This document shows, piece after piece, positions 9,954-21,600 of a DNA stretch of 64,000 bases. The DNA is from a virus. Taxonomy: Duplodnaviria; Caudoviricetes. The notes below the pieces were generated by a model. The model had not been told where the DNA came from and searched no databases. It saw only the letters and a list, made by a program, of their open reading frames with translations. The stretch spans positions 1,337 to 65,336 of the IMG/VR virus record IMGVR_UViG_3300034103_001892. The stretch is one strand, 5' to 3'. Position numbers and translations under genes: made by a program. Position 1 is the stretch's first letter. Every line of letters starts with the position of its first letter.

Positions 9954-10522
9954 TGTTGTATTTCCATTATCATTCCAGTGCTAACGGTGTTTTCATAAAC
10001 ATCCTGACCTTGACTGTCTAACGTTTTATTTAATGTAAACACATAATTTGACCCACTAGAAGAGCGAACTGCAGGAGCGTAAGTTCTTTGATTAAGATTT
10101 ATGGCCGGAATAGAATATAACAAATAAAAATTAACCATGGTGCTGGCTTCGTTTGCATCATAAAATCCTGAAGCGTATCCACTCCATCTTTGGTTACCTG
10201 CTCCGCGATTATAACCTTCATAACCAGCGGTGGTAATTAAATTTCCGTTTTGATGTATCAATATAACATTGTCATGATGAACTTCACAATTCATCATCCA
10301 TTCCATGACTATTAGACTGGAACTAAATTTAGGTGTGATAGTTAAATTAAGTTCACTGATTGTGGTTCCATTGCCAGAGTTAGAAGAATAATAAGCAGTT
10401 CTTTCATCAGTTCTAATAGTGAATACCTGAACAACTTGCCCAGAATATCTTAAGCTGGTTCCGCCAACAGGCGTTACTGCATTGCCAGTTGTTCGGATAT
10501 TTCCTACAGTCAAAGTACTCAT
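9950..10522 (-). CDS. Small fibre-tip paralogue
   Basis: GQVVQV...LTITPKFSSSLIVMEWMMNCE...RTYAPAVR...YENTVSTGMIMEI. Confidence 0.6.
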   Translation of the reverse strand: MSTLTVGNIRTTGNAVTPVGGTSLRYSGQVVQVFTIRTDERTAYYSSNSGNGTTISELNLTITPKFSSSLIVMEWMMNCEVHHDNVILIHQNGNLITTAGYEGYNRGAGNQRWSGYASGFYDANEASTMVNFYLLYSIPAINLNQRTYAPAVRSSSGSNYVFTLNKTLDSQGQDVYENTVSTGMIMEIQQ

Positions 10523-11097
10523 TGATTACATACCTCGTGAATTAAAGCAAAGCTCACCATACTTTCATAATAATTTTGTGTACCATCGCCTAACGTTCTA
10601 TTTAGAGCAAATGTGTGAGAACCAGAGCCTGTGGCTCTCACTGCTGGAGCATAGGTTCTCGCTGTGGTTGATCCTGCTGCACAAGAGTAAAATATGTTCC
10701 AATTAATACCAGTAGAATCATCATTTCTGTCATAATACCCTGGTGTATAACAACTCCATCTAACATTACCACCTTGATTATTATAACCTTCCTCACCGGT
10801 AGTTGTAATTAAAGCACCGTCTCTATGTATTAAAAATCCATTATCATTATTACATTCGCCGTTTATCATCCACTGTACAATTAGTCGGCTTGACGCATAA
10901 ATTGGAGTGATACTTATGCCTAGCACCGCCACTGTTGTGCCATTGCCAGTGTCAAGAGAACTATAGGTTGTTCTAGTATCAACTCTTAGAGTTCTAGTTT
11001 GAATAATGGTGCCAGGATATGTGAGCCTAGGCGAAAAATCAACCACGCCATTTGTAAAAGAACTTGCATCAATGTTACTAACCAGCACTGTGCTCAT
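10519..11097 (-). CDS. Small fibre-tip paralogue
   Basis: PGTIIQ...ISITP..ASSRLIVQWMINGE...RTYAPAVR...YESMVS; clearly homologous to its neighbours. Confidence 0.6.
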   Translation of the reverse strand: MSTVLVSNIDASSFTNGVVDFSPRLTYPGTIIQTRTLRVDTRTTYSSLDTGNGTTVAVLGISITPIYASSRLIVQWMINGECNNDNGFLIHRDGALITTTGEEGYNNQGGNVRWSCYTPGYYDRNDDSTGINWNIFYSCAAGSTTARTYAPAVRATGSGSHTFALNRTLGDGTQNYYESMVSFALIHEVCNQ

Positions 11098-12656
11098 TGT
11101 GCAATCTCCATGATATATCCTGCTGATACACCATTTTCATAAGCATCTTGTCCTAAGCTTCCTATAGTTCTATTCAAAGCGAAAGTATATGTCGACGTGC
11201 CGCGCACGGCTGGATAATAAGTGCGTGTTGTGGTATCATTTGAAGGTGCTGTAAAAAACAAAAACCAGTTGCTCATTGTGGAACTTTCATCTTGATCGTA
11301 ACGACCACTCATAATACCATTTTGTACCTGATTATTTTGCGTATTGTTAAAACCTTGAAAACCAGGTTGGCCTATAAGTCCATTATCAGTCCAAATTACA
11401 AATGTGTTATCTTGATGTAATTCTCCGTTTATCATCCATTTCATGACTAATAAACTATTAGATTTTTTTGGTGTAATAGTCAAACCAAGTTCACCGATGG
11501 GCGTTCCATCTGACGTTGAAGACGTATAGGTTAATCTTGCATCGGTTCTTCTATACACAGTTTGTATCACAGATCCGGGCGATGCAAAAGCAGTTGCACT
11601 TGTGCCAGTAACGCTCATTGAAGTATCTACCAGTGGATATCTAATAATCACTATACCAGATCCACCGTTTCCTCCAGGGTTAGTGGCATTGTAGTGAGAA
11701 CCGCCGCCTCCACCTCCACCAGTGTTTGGGCCAGCATTGCCTCCACGAGTGTTGGTTTGCGATCCTGGACTGCCACCGCCGCCTGCATTGCCATTATTAA
11801 AACCTGCGCCACCAAATGTTACGCCAACTGCACCACCGCCACCGCCGCCAATACCTCCATCACCGCCAAACCCATAGCTGTAAGCAGCACCACCTCCGCC
11901 ACCGCCCCAATAAAATACATTGCCTAAAATGTCATTTCTAATACCAGGCCCACCAGTTGCATTTCTTCCGGTTTCCCCACTACTGATACCTGGGCCGCCT
12001 GCTCCACCGCCACCGCCACCGTAGTATTGACCGCCGCCATTGCCGCCACGATAGCCTTGCCCGGCTATGCCATTTCCACCTGATCTAGTGCTACCATCTG
12101 AATATGCACTGGCACCACCACCACTACCCCCATCAGAACCTATCGCACCAGGAGTATAAGGATAATAACTGCTACCACCAAAACCACCACCACCAGCCAT
12201 TATGGCATTAGCGTTGCTTAGATTAGGTCCAGAAAAAATACTGTTACCACCGTTGGTAGCAGGAATTGTAAATTGATGAGCGCCTGGTTGTGGACCTACT
12301 CCATCACCTCTAAATTGACTTCCCCCTGGTGCACCCCAACCCCCTGCGCCCACTGTGATAGTATAGGTACCTCGTATTAAATTGGTAGTTCCTGCTAGTA
12401 CGCCACCACCACCGCCACCACCACCCATGTCCATGCCACCACCTCCGCCGCCGGCCACCACTAGATAATCTACTGTACCGCTGCTGTTGGCAGATGTTAC
12501 AACCAAATTTCCGTTAGAAGTAAAGGTGTGAATTCTATAGGATATACCATTGATTGAAACGTTGGAAACGTTACCGCCTGTGGCTACAATTGGTTGAAAG
12601 GTTGATGTGTAAGAAGAAATTGAAGAAATTGAGTTTACTATTAGTGTCGTGGTCAT
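11094..12656 (-). CDS. Glycine-rich fibre protein with the same C-terminal tip domain
   Basis: YRIHTFTS...VDYLVVAGGGGGG...GGSGIVIIRY glycine-rich domain, then PGSVIQ...WMINGE...YENGVSAGYIMEIAQ. Start set at the ATGA overlap, 12656. Confidence 0.7.
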   Translation of the reverse strand: MTTTLIVNSISSISSYTSTFQPIVATGGNVSNVSINGISYRIHTFTSNGNLVVTSANSSGTVDYLVVAGGGGGGMDMGGGGGGGGVLAGTTNLIRGTYTITVGAGGWGAPGGSQFRGDGVGPQPGAHQFTIPATNGGNSIFSGPNLSNANAIMAGGGGFGGSSYYPYTPGAIGSDGGSGGGASAYSDGSTRSGGNGIAGQGYRGGNGGGQYYGGGGGGAGGPGISSGETGRNATGGPGIRNDILGNVFYWGGGGGGAAYSYGFGGDGGIGGGGGGAVGVTFGGAGFNNGNAGGGGSPGSQTNTRGGNAGPNTGGGGGGGSHYNATNPGGNGGSGIVIIRYPLVDTSMSVTGTSATAFASPGSVIQTVYRRTDARLTYTSSTSDGTPIGELGLTITPKKSNSLLVMKWMINGELHQDNTFVIWTDNGLIGQPGFQGFNNTQNNQVQNGIMSGRYDQDESSTMSNWFLFFTAPSNDTTTRTYYPAVRGTSTYTFALNRTIGSLGQDAYENGVSAGYIMEIAQ

Positions 12657-15600
12657 ACAATCGTCCAAAAAGCGCCACTATTTACCGTGATGGTTACCTC
12701 ACTGTTAATAGTTATAGGACCGCTGCTTAAAGCGTTGAATGCGTTGCTGACATTACCTGATGCACTTAAATTGGCACTGTTATATCCATATGCTAAAGTG
12801 TTTATGAACTGAGCCTTGACATTAGCTGGAGTAGTTCCGTTGCTGGTGTACACACTGAAATCTGTGGCGTTGTCATCGTTTAGTACAATATTGCCTAGAG
12901 TTATGGTGTTGCCGGAGATCCACAAATTGGTCCAGCGCAGAGTGCTTGAACCCAATGAGTAAATATTTGAGGCATCCGGTACCAAGTTACCTTTGAATGT
13001 GGTTAAACCTGGTGCGAATACCACTGCATTAGAATTTCCTGTAACAGACAATGCAATATTGCCATTGGCAGCGGTCACTGACACATTTGAATTACCAGAT
13101 CTAATGTTAGAACCGCTTACATTGCTCAGTGCAGAGCCATCGCCAGAGAAAAATGCGGCTGTGATGTTGCCTGTTGCTGAAACATTTTTAGTGGTAGTTA
13201 TGTTTCCAGTTGAATTAATGTCAGCAACGCTGAGCGACAAGAAAGGAAAACTAGTGTTGCCTAGTGTATAAACAAACGGATTATCAGGTATTAAATTAGC
13301 AGATATAATTGAGCTGGTACCGTATTCTAAAGGGCCTAAATCATAACTATTGGAAATAGTAGAATCAGTGACCAATCCGTTATCAACATTTGGTGCATCT
13401 ATTGAGTCACTGACCAATCCAGCACTGTTATTGCCAGCCCAGAAAATGCCATCATTTAGACTATCCAAAACACTAATGGTAATAACACCGGTTGTGGCAT
13501 TTCCAACCATGCCTATGCCATTGCCTGCTCTTGGAATCAGTGTACCACTGACATTGCCTGCGTTAATAGTTACATTACCAGCAGAATTGCCTGCAACATT
13601 GCCCTGTAAACTGATCACCGAATAAACAGATGAAGCGTTGGCTATGCCTGTAAGCTGCGATCCATTGCCTATAAAGAAGTTGCCTGTAATGTTACCAGAT
13701 GCGCTTACCACCCCAGTGACAAAAGCACCAGTGTTTGCCAAAACTAGAACATTGGCAGTTCCGCCTACATTGGCTGCAACATTGCCTCCGGAGGAGTCAA
13801 TTCTTACATTGCTGTTGCCATTGTTGATATTGGCAACAGAAGTAATAATACCTGATAACTGACTACCATTACCAAAGAAGAAGTTGCCAGTGATATTGCC
13901 TGATGCACTGATCTCACCACTGACGTATTCGCCTGTGCTGGCCAAGGTCCAAACATTGGCTGTGCCACCAACATTGGCTTGAATATTTCCGCCAGAAGTT
14001 TCAATTCTAATATTACTGGTACCGTTATTGATGTTGGCTACTGAAGTAATGATGCCAGACAGTTGACTACCATTACCAAAGAAGTAGTTGCCAGTTATAT
14101 TTCCAGTTGCAGAGATAAATCCACCAGTGATTATGTTTCCACCTGTGACATTACCTGACACACTGGCACTGGCTCCTTGAAGTTGCCCAACTGCAATTAT
14201 GTTGCCATTGGAGTCAACTCTACCTACCGCTGACCCACCCGCTTCATCAAGATTCTTAACAAATCGTAAGGTGCCTGCTTCTACATCAATACCAAAGTTG
14301 TCGTTGTTGCCTTGATAGAAATGCAAACCAGGAGTATCACCGGCACCGTTGTTGAGTATGATGTTACCGCCACTGAGTGTTGCAGTATTATAAGGTGTGC
14401 CTCCAGTAAGGTTTAACACGCCAGAAGTTAATAAATTTCCACCAGTGACATTGGCTGTGGTTACAATATTTCCAGCTGCGCTTACTCTACCATCAGAATT
14501 AACATTGCCGCCGGTGACGTTGCCCAGTGCAATCACTGCCCCATTTGAAGTAATGTTTGCACCAGTAACATTTCCTGCTGCGCTTATCAACAAACTTGAC
14601 AGAATATTTCCACCACTGACATTGGCCACTGACACAACGTTGCCTGTTGCTGAAACTACGCCTGCGGTGTTGATGTTCCCACCAATTACATTGCCCTGTG
14701 CTGATACAGTGCCGTTACTGATCAAATTGGCTGCTGTAACATTGCCATCAACTGTGACAACACCATTTGCAGTAATATTTCCAGATACGCTTAAGACGCC
14801 AATGTTTGTAACGTTGCTAATTGATAAATTATTTGCAGACGCATTTCCAGAGGTTTGAATTCCGCTTGCGTTTATTGTGAATATGTTTGCAGTACCTGCA
14901 ACATTGGCCTGAATATTACCACCAGCGGTATCAATTCGTAAATTACTAGTGCCGTTATTGATGTTTGCAACTGAAGTAATAATACCAGAAAGCAATGATC
15001 CGTTGCCTAAAAAGTAGGTACCTGAGATATTACCTGAGGCTGAAATATTGCCGCCAGAAATGTTGCCTGTAATCGCAGCATTGCTAGTCACATTCAGCGT
15101 TGAACCAACATCAACATTGCCTGTAGCAGAAATTAAACCAGTGGCGTATAAACCAGTATTGGCAAACACCGCAGGAATCGTGCCATATGTTCCAACACTG
15201 ACATTACCGTTGGCAGCAACTCTTACATTACTGTTGCCATTTTCAATTGCAGAACCAGCTGCTATTGACACATTTGTAAGTTGACTTCCGTCGCCAATAA
15301 AATAACCAGCTGTGATATTACCAGTTGTTGATAAGTTATTGCCCAGCGTTATGTTGTTGCCAGAAATGTTTCCTGACACAGAAATGCCAACTGCGTTAAG
15401 ATTACCGCCTTGCCCAGTGATTTGATTTATATTGATGTTGCCGCCATTGGCTGTGATTCCACCTATGGTGTCAACTAAAATACTGTCTGCTGTTATACTG
15501 TTGGCAACATCAAGTATGCCAGTGATGCTTGCGTTCCCATTGACATTGAGATTGCTTAAAACATTCCCTGTTAAACTAATATTACCCGTGTTTACATTAC

Positions 15601-18600
15601 CTGCAATAACATTTGCTGATAAATTAGCACCAAGTGCGTTTAGATAACCACCTTGGCCTGTGATTTGATTAATAACAATGTTACCACCATTGGCTGTAAT
15701 ACCGCCCGCGGTGTCAACCAAAATGCTGTCTGCTGTAAAGCTGTTAGCAACTCCAACTGTGCCGGCAATGTCTACATTCCCGTTAACATTGAGATCGCTT
15801 AAAACGTTGCCAGTTAGGCTAATGTTGCCGGTGTTTACATTTCCAGCAACAATATTTGCTGATAAATTAGCACCAACTGCGTTTAGATAACCACCTTGGC
15901 CTGTGATTTGGTTGATAGTGATGTTGCCTGAGTTAGCAGTGATGCCACCTACAGTGTCAACCAACAAACTGTCAGCAGTTAGGCTGTTGGCAATATCTAC
16001 TACGCCAGAAACATTAACATTACCATTTACTCTTAAATTACTTAGAACGTTGCCAGTTAAACTAATATTAGTTGCATTAAGATTAGCACCAGAAATGTTT
16101 CCTTGGGCTGATACAGCACCGCCTGCTCCAGTTACTTCTGTCAAGATTAAATTACCACCAGTGATATTCGCTCCAGCACTGGTGTTTACCAACAAGTAAC
16201 CTGTGTTAACATTGGCAGCAACTATATTACCTGTAGATACATTTCCACTTATTACATTACCCGCAGCAGATATCAACCCATTGGTATTGATATTTGCTCC
16301 TGTAACATTACCTGATGCGCTGACACTATTGCCAGTTACAATGTTACCAGATACAGTACCAGTTGCAAAAACATTACTGGATAATATATTGCCACTTGCA
16401 CTAATTGCACCAACAGTGTTAAAATTGCCTGCTGTGACATTGCCAGTTACAGACAAACTTGTACCAGTGGCAGCACCAATATTTGGTGTTGTAAGATTAG
16501 CACCTGCCTTGACTGAAATATTGCCACCGCCGTCAAACGCTGTAGTGTTGTTGTCCACCTTGGCGGAAAATACAGTGCCTACAAGGCTGATACCAGCTTG
16601 TGTGTTGGCCGAGTAGACCTGGCTGGTGCTGAACAAGTCAAACACGATGTTGCTGGTGCCAAACGTAATGGTACCTTGCGGCTCAGCAACCACGTAGGCC
16701 GAGCCTTTGTTCACATTGCCAGATTCAGTGAAGAAGTAGGAGTTCAGACTCAAGGCATGGGCACTGTCGGTGCCGTATTCGTCAGCATCCGTGCTTCGCG
16801 TGATCGCTGTTGCGTTGCTCCAAGTATACACACCGTTGAGCACAGCATTGCCTTCGTTCTTGACCAGGATCCTGGTACCAATGGTCTGCACGTTGGCCGT
16901 GTCAATGAGATTGAACGAACCAGTGGTGGTGATGGTGGCACCTATGCCGTTGCCAGCTCCGTTGGGCTGTGCGTAGGTGATGGTACCACCTGTGGTTGTG
17001 GCCAAGTTGGCCGTGGTAGATACAAATACCTGCTCGTGATAAGTAAGTCCCGTAGCCACCAAGTTATCAACATAGATCTTGGTAGCCGCATCTTGATTCT
17101 GCATAGGATCAAGAAGATTGTTGATGTAGTTGCTGTCAGCGTTGATGTTACCGGCTGCATTAAGAGTGATGTCACTGGATCCACCGCTGGCGATAGTGAT
17201 GCCACCAGTGCTGGCTACTTTTGCTGTGTTTACATTACCACTATTGACATTGCCCGTGGCTGACACTATGCCTGTATTAACATTAACACCATTTAGGTTT
17301 CCTGGTGCAGTCAATGCGCCATCTTGGCCAAATATCCAGTTTTGCGATGTTCCTCCAGTATTGGCCCTAATGCTAACATCCGTATTAGCATATAACTCAG
17401 CAGTTACCGCCCCCATAAACAACGCGGTAGTATCATCAGCAGTAGTTGTTAGATATGCGGAGTTGGCTCCGTAAGTAGTAAAGTCTAGTTTAGAAAATCC
17501 TAATCCGCTAATTGGTCCTGGTACTGTTAAGTTGCCGTTCGTGCCAAAGGTCCAGGTGTTTCCACCAGCTACAACACTTACGTTGCCACTGTTGTTCAGC
17601 GTAGGTGAATTTAAATTACCGCTTGTGATGTTGCCAGCAACACTTATGGTATTGCCATATGTGATTTCTTTGCTGGTGGTATTGTAGAACATGACCTGGG
17701 CTGTGTTGGCCACATCATTTCTAACTGGAGCCACAGTGAATGTGTTAGCGGTGGTTTGATCCAAGTTGGCGCCGGTGGCATTCAATATGATTGAATTATT
17801 GCCTTGGTTTGTATAACCAGCACTTGCTCCAATGGCCACGGCATACTGACCTTGTGTGCCTGCTCCAGCACTGGCTCCAATAGCCACCGAATTGATGCGT
17901 TGATTGGCTGCCCCCGCACCGCCGCCAATGGCCACTGCGGCATTGCCTTGAACAGTTGATCCAGCACCTGCACCAATGGCCACTGATTCTTCACCCTGTG
18001 TTTGTTGACCAGCACCGCCGCCAATGGCCACTGAAAATTGACCCTGGTCTTCTTGGCCAGCAAACAAACCAACGGCCACTGCCTGGGTGCCTTGTGAGTT
18101 ATTGCCAGCAAGACCGCCAATGGCCACTGCATTGTCACCTTGTAAATTATAGCCAGCAAGGCCGCCAACAGCCACTGCACCAGAGCCTTGATTGGTTGAT
18201 CCAGCACTTTGGCCAATGGCCACAGCTTCATCGCCTTGACTACCAGTAAAGGTCAATGTTCCACTTGGGGTAAAACCAGCTGACGCCGATATTTCTAATG
18301 TTGTTGAGTTGGTCACGGTGACCACAGTTATGTTTCCGAAGAATCCAGTGCCGCTTATGATCATGCCTGGTCCAATACCAGTGGTACTGGTAACTACCAG
18401 GGTGGTAGATGGAGATTCTGCACCCGAAACATAGTTGGTTGAGACGCTGCCACCGGCTCCGGCTGTGTTGCCAATGGCCACTGAGTTGTTGCCTTGTCTG
18501 TTGTTGCCGGCCAGCGATCCAATGGCCACTGCGGCATTGCCTTGACTAATTTGTCCAGCATTTAGGCCAAAGGCAATTGAGTTGCCCACAGTGCCTTTGA

Positions 18601-21600
18601 TTTTAATATTGCCCAGGGGCAATGTCAATGCACCACTTGAGTCAAATCTCCATATATTACCATTGATATTACCGTATCTATCACCTGTCACTATGTTTAC
18701 ATTGCCTGCACCGTGACTGATACCGTTGTAGCCCACGCCTGTAGACAGATACAGATCTCCGCCTGGCACTGAACAGCCATCGGTATTGCCTGCACTGATG
18801 CGAAGATCAAAGCCTTTCTCACTGGCAAGGGTGGTTTGCGTTGAGATCCGTCCCGGAACACTATTGGTTGCTGGAACAGTCAAGTTGCCAGTTGAGCCAA
18901 ATGTCCAGGTATTGCCACTGGCCACAACACTTATGTTGCCACTGTTGTTCAGTGTGGCTGAAATGAGATTACCGCCTGAAATGTTGGCAGTGGTTGTGAT
19001 ATTACCTGTGCCACCGATAGTATTGCTACCTAAATTGCTCAACAAAGTAGTTACATTACTATTTCCGTAAGAACTTACAATACCAGTAAGTTGTGAGCCA
19101 TTACCAATAAAATAATTGCCTGTGACATTGCCAGTTGCACTAATCAATCCACCTGTCAACACATTGCCAGCAGTGATGTTGCCCGTGGCTGATACTAAGC
19201 CGCTGGTAATTAGGTTGCCGCCGGTGACGTTGCCAGTGACAGTAGCAGCACCGGTGACCGCCAAAGTCCCAATATTGGCCGTGCCCGTGGTGGTTATGTT
19301 TCCGCCAGTGATGTTGCCGGTAGCAGAGATCAAGCCACCAGTAGTCAAATTGCCACCAGTGACATTGCCAGTTGCGGTGATAAAGGAACTGGCGCTGATA
19401 GAACTTGACACTGCAATGCTACCAGCAACTGTGGCACTACCAGTCAATGCCAATGTTGCAATGTTGGCTGTGCCTGTGGTGGTTAAGTTGCCACCTGTGA
19501 TGTTGCCAGTGGCATCAACTCTGCCGCCAGTGGTAATATTTCCGCCAATCACGTTACTGGTTGCTGATACTATTCCAGTTGAAAGTAAATTTCCACCAGA
19601 TATATTAGCAGATGAAACAATGTTACCTGTAGCAGTCACACGACCACTAGTGGTTAAGTTACCACCAACAACGTTGCCCACTGCAACCACTGATTCAGTG
19701 ACGTTTAGATTTGCTGCATTGACGTTTGCGCTGGTTACAATGTTGCCAACTGCTGTGACCAAACCTTGAGAAACTATGTTGCCTGCTGCTACATTTGAGG
19801 TAGACGTTATATTACCAACAGCAGTGATCAATCCGTTAGTGGTTATGTTGGCACCAGTTACGTTCCCAGATGCGTTTACTAAATTTGTTACAGATAAATT
19901 ATTGCCTTGTAAATTACCAGTGGCTGAAATATTGCCTGTGGAACTTATTGTTCCAGTTGCATTTATATTTCCGGCATTTACGTTTGCAGTGGTGTTTACG
20001 TTTCCAACGGCAGATATCAAACCAGATGAGTTTAAGGTAGACGCAGAAACATTTCCTGTTGCGCTGATGTTTTGTGCAGCGGTAATAGATCCGGTTGTGG
20101 TAATGTTTCCTGAATTGACATTTCCAACTGCGCTGATGTTGCCAGATGAATTTACATTGGCTGCGTTGACATTACCGGCAGAAATTACATTGCCTGTAGC
20201 TGTGATCACGCCAGCTGTGGCAATGTTTCCACCAACAATATTACCAGTGGCAGTTACTAGTCCAGCGGTGCTAATGTTTCCACCAACTACGTTGCCACTA
20301 GCAGTGAGCACACCGGCTGTGGTTATATTACCACCAATGACATTACCAGCCGCAGAAACTACCTGTGATGAATTTAGATTATTTGCATTTACATTACCAC
20401 TTACACTTAGTTGACTGAGTGTGCCAACTGCGGTCAAACTTGATATCAATACATTTGAACTTAAAGTATCGCCAGTTACTAAACCAGCAGGCGCATTAAT
20501 TGACGCGGTAGTTGCGTTTGTTATTTGGCCTCGTGGATCAACTGTTAACACTGGGATTGATGAACTACTACCATAGGTGTTGGCTGTCACACCTGTGTTA
20601 GATATAAAAAATTGTGTTCCGTTTAAACTTAGACCAATGCCAGCAGTGTAACTACCAGCGCCGCTGAACTGTTGCCAAACAATGTTGGTTGTGCCAATTG
20701 TAACCGGCGAATTGGTTATACAAACATAACCAGTGTCGGCGTTGGTTGCTCCAGTTTCTATAAATGTAAAGGCACTGGGTATTTCAGATGGCAAATCAAA
20801 ATCTGTTGATCGTGTTAAAACAAACTGTGCTGTAGCGTTACCAGTGTTAGTAACAATGTAGATACCGTTGTAGGGTTGGTTTAGCCCAACTTCGTTTTTG
20901 ACCAAAACTCTTGCGTTTGCAGAAACAGCAGTGCTGTCAATTGACAGCAACCCATTGGTTGTGGCTGTGATTGTTGCACCTACACCATCAGTGCCATTGT
21001 TGTAGACATAGGTTGGCAATGTTGTGGCAGTTGCCAGCAACACTGACGCTTTTACATCTAAGCCTTGAGCTACACTGTCAACATAAAATTTTGTAGCAGC
21101 ATCTTGCGCCTGCACAGGATTGGCCAACCAGTTAACCACTGCGTTGCTGAAAACCAAGTTCCCGCCAGGCGCAAAGGTAATGTTACCAGTTGAGTTAACA
21201 GTGTTTGCAGTTACTGAGCCAACCACTGATAGGTTACCAGTGGTGGTGTTTGCAGAAACAGCAAGACCAGCAGCAGCCACTGTGGTTGCTGAGATACCCA
21301 CAGCATTTACATTAGCAGCCGAAGTGATATTGCCAGAAGTTGAAACAGTGCTGTTGCTGACAATAGGACGGAAAAAGATTGTTTGAGCGGCGCCAACTTC
21401 AAGACTTTGAATATTATTGACTGTAAAGACAACATTGGCATTAGCGGATGGTATGTTTACCGTGGTACCACCAAACTGAATGTTTGGCGCTGCTGCGGCA
21501 AGTACACCACTTAAAAATCTACCATTACCAAAATAATAATCAACGTTTAAATTACCAGCAAGTTCCAGTCCACCGCTGCCAAGATATATGGTATTAAATC

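Noticed and set aside
7726-12656. Diversity-generating retroelement, suggested by the Mtd-N-like domain and paralogous tips
   Set aside because: No reverse transcriptase in the window and no TR/VR pair differing only at adenines was seen.
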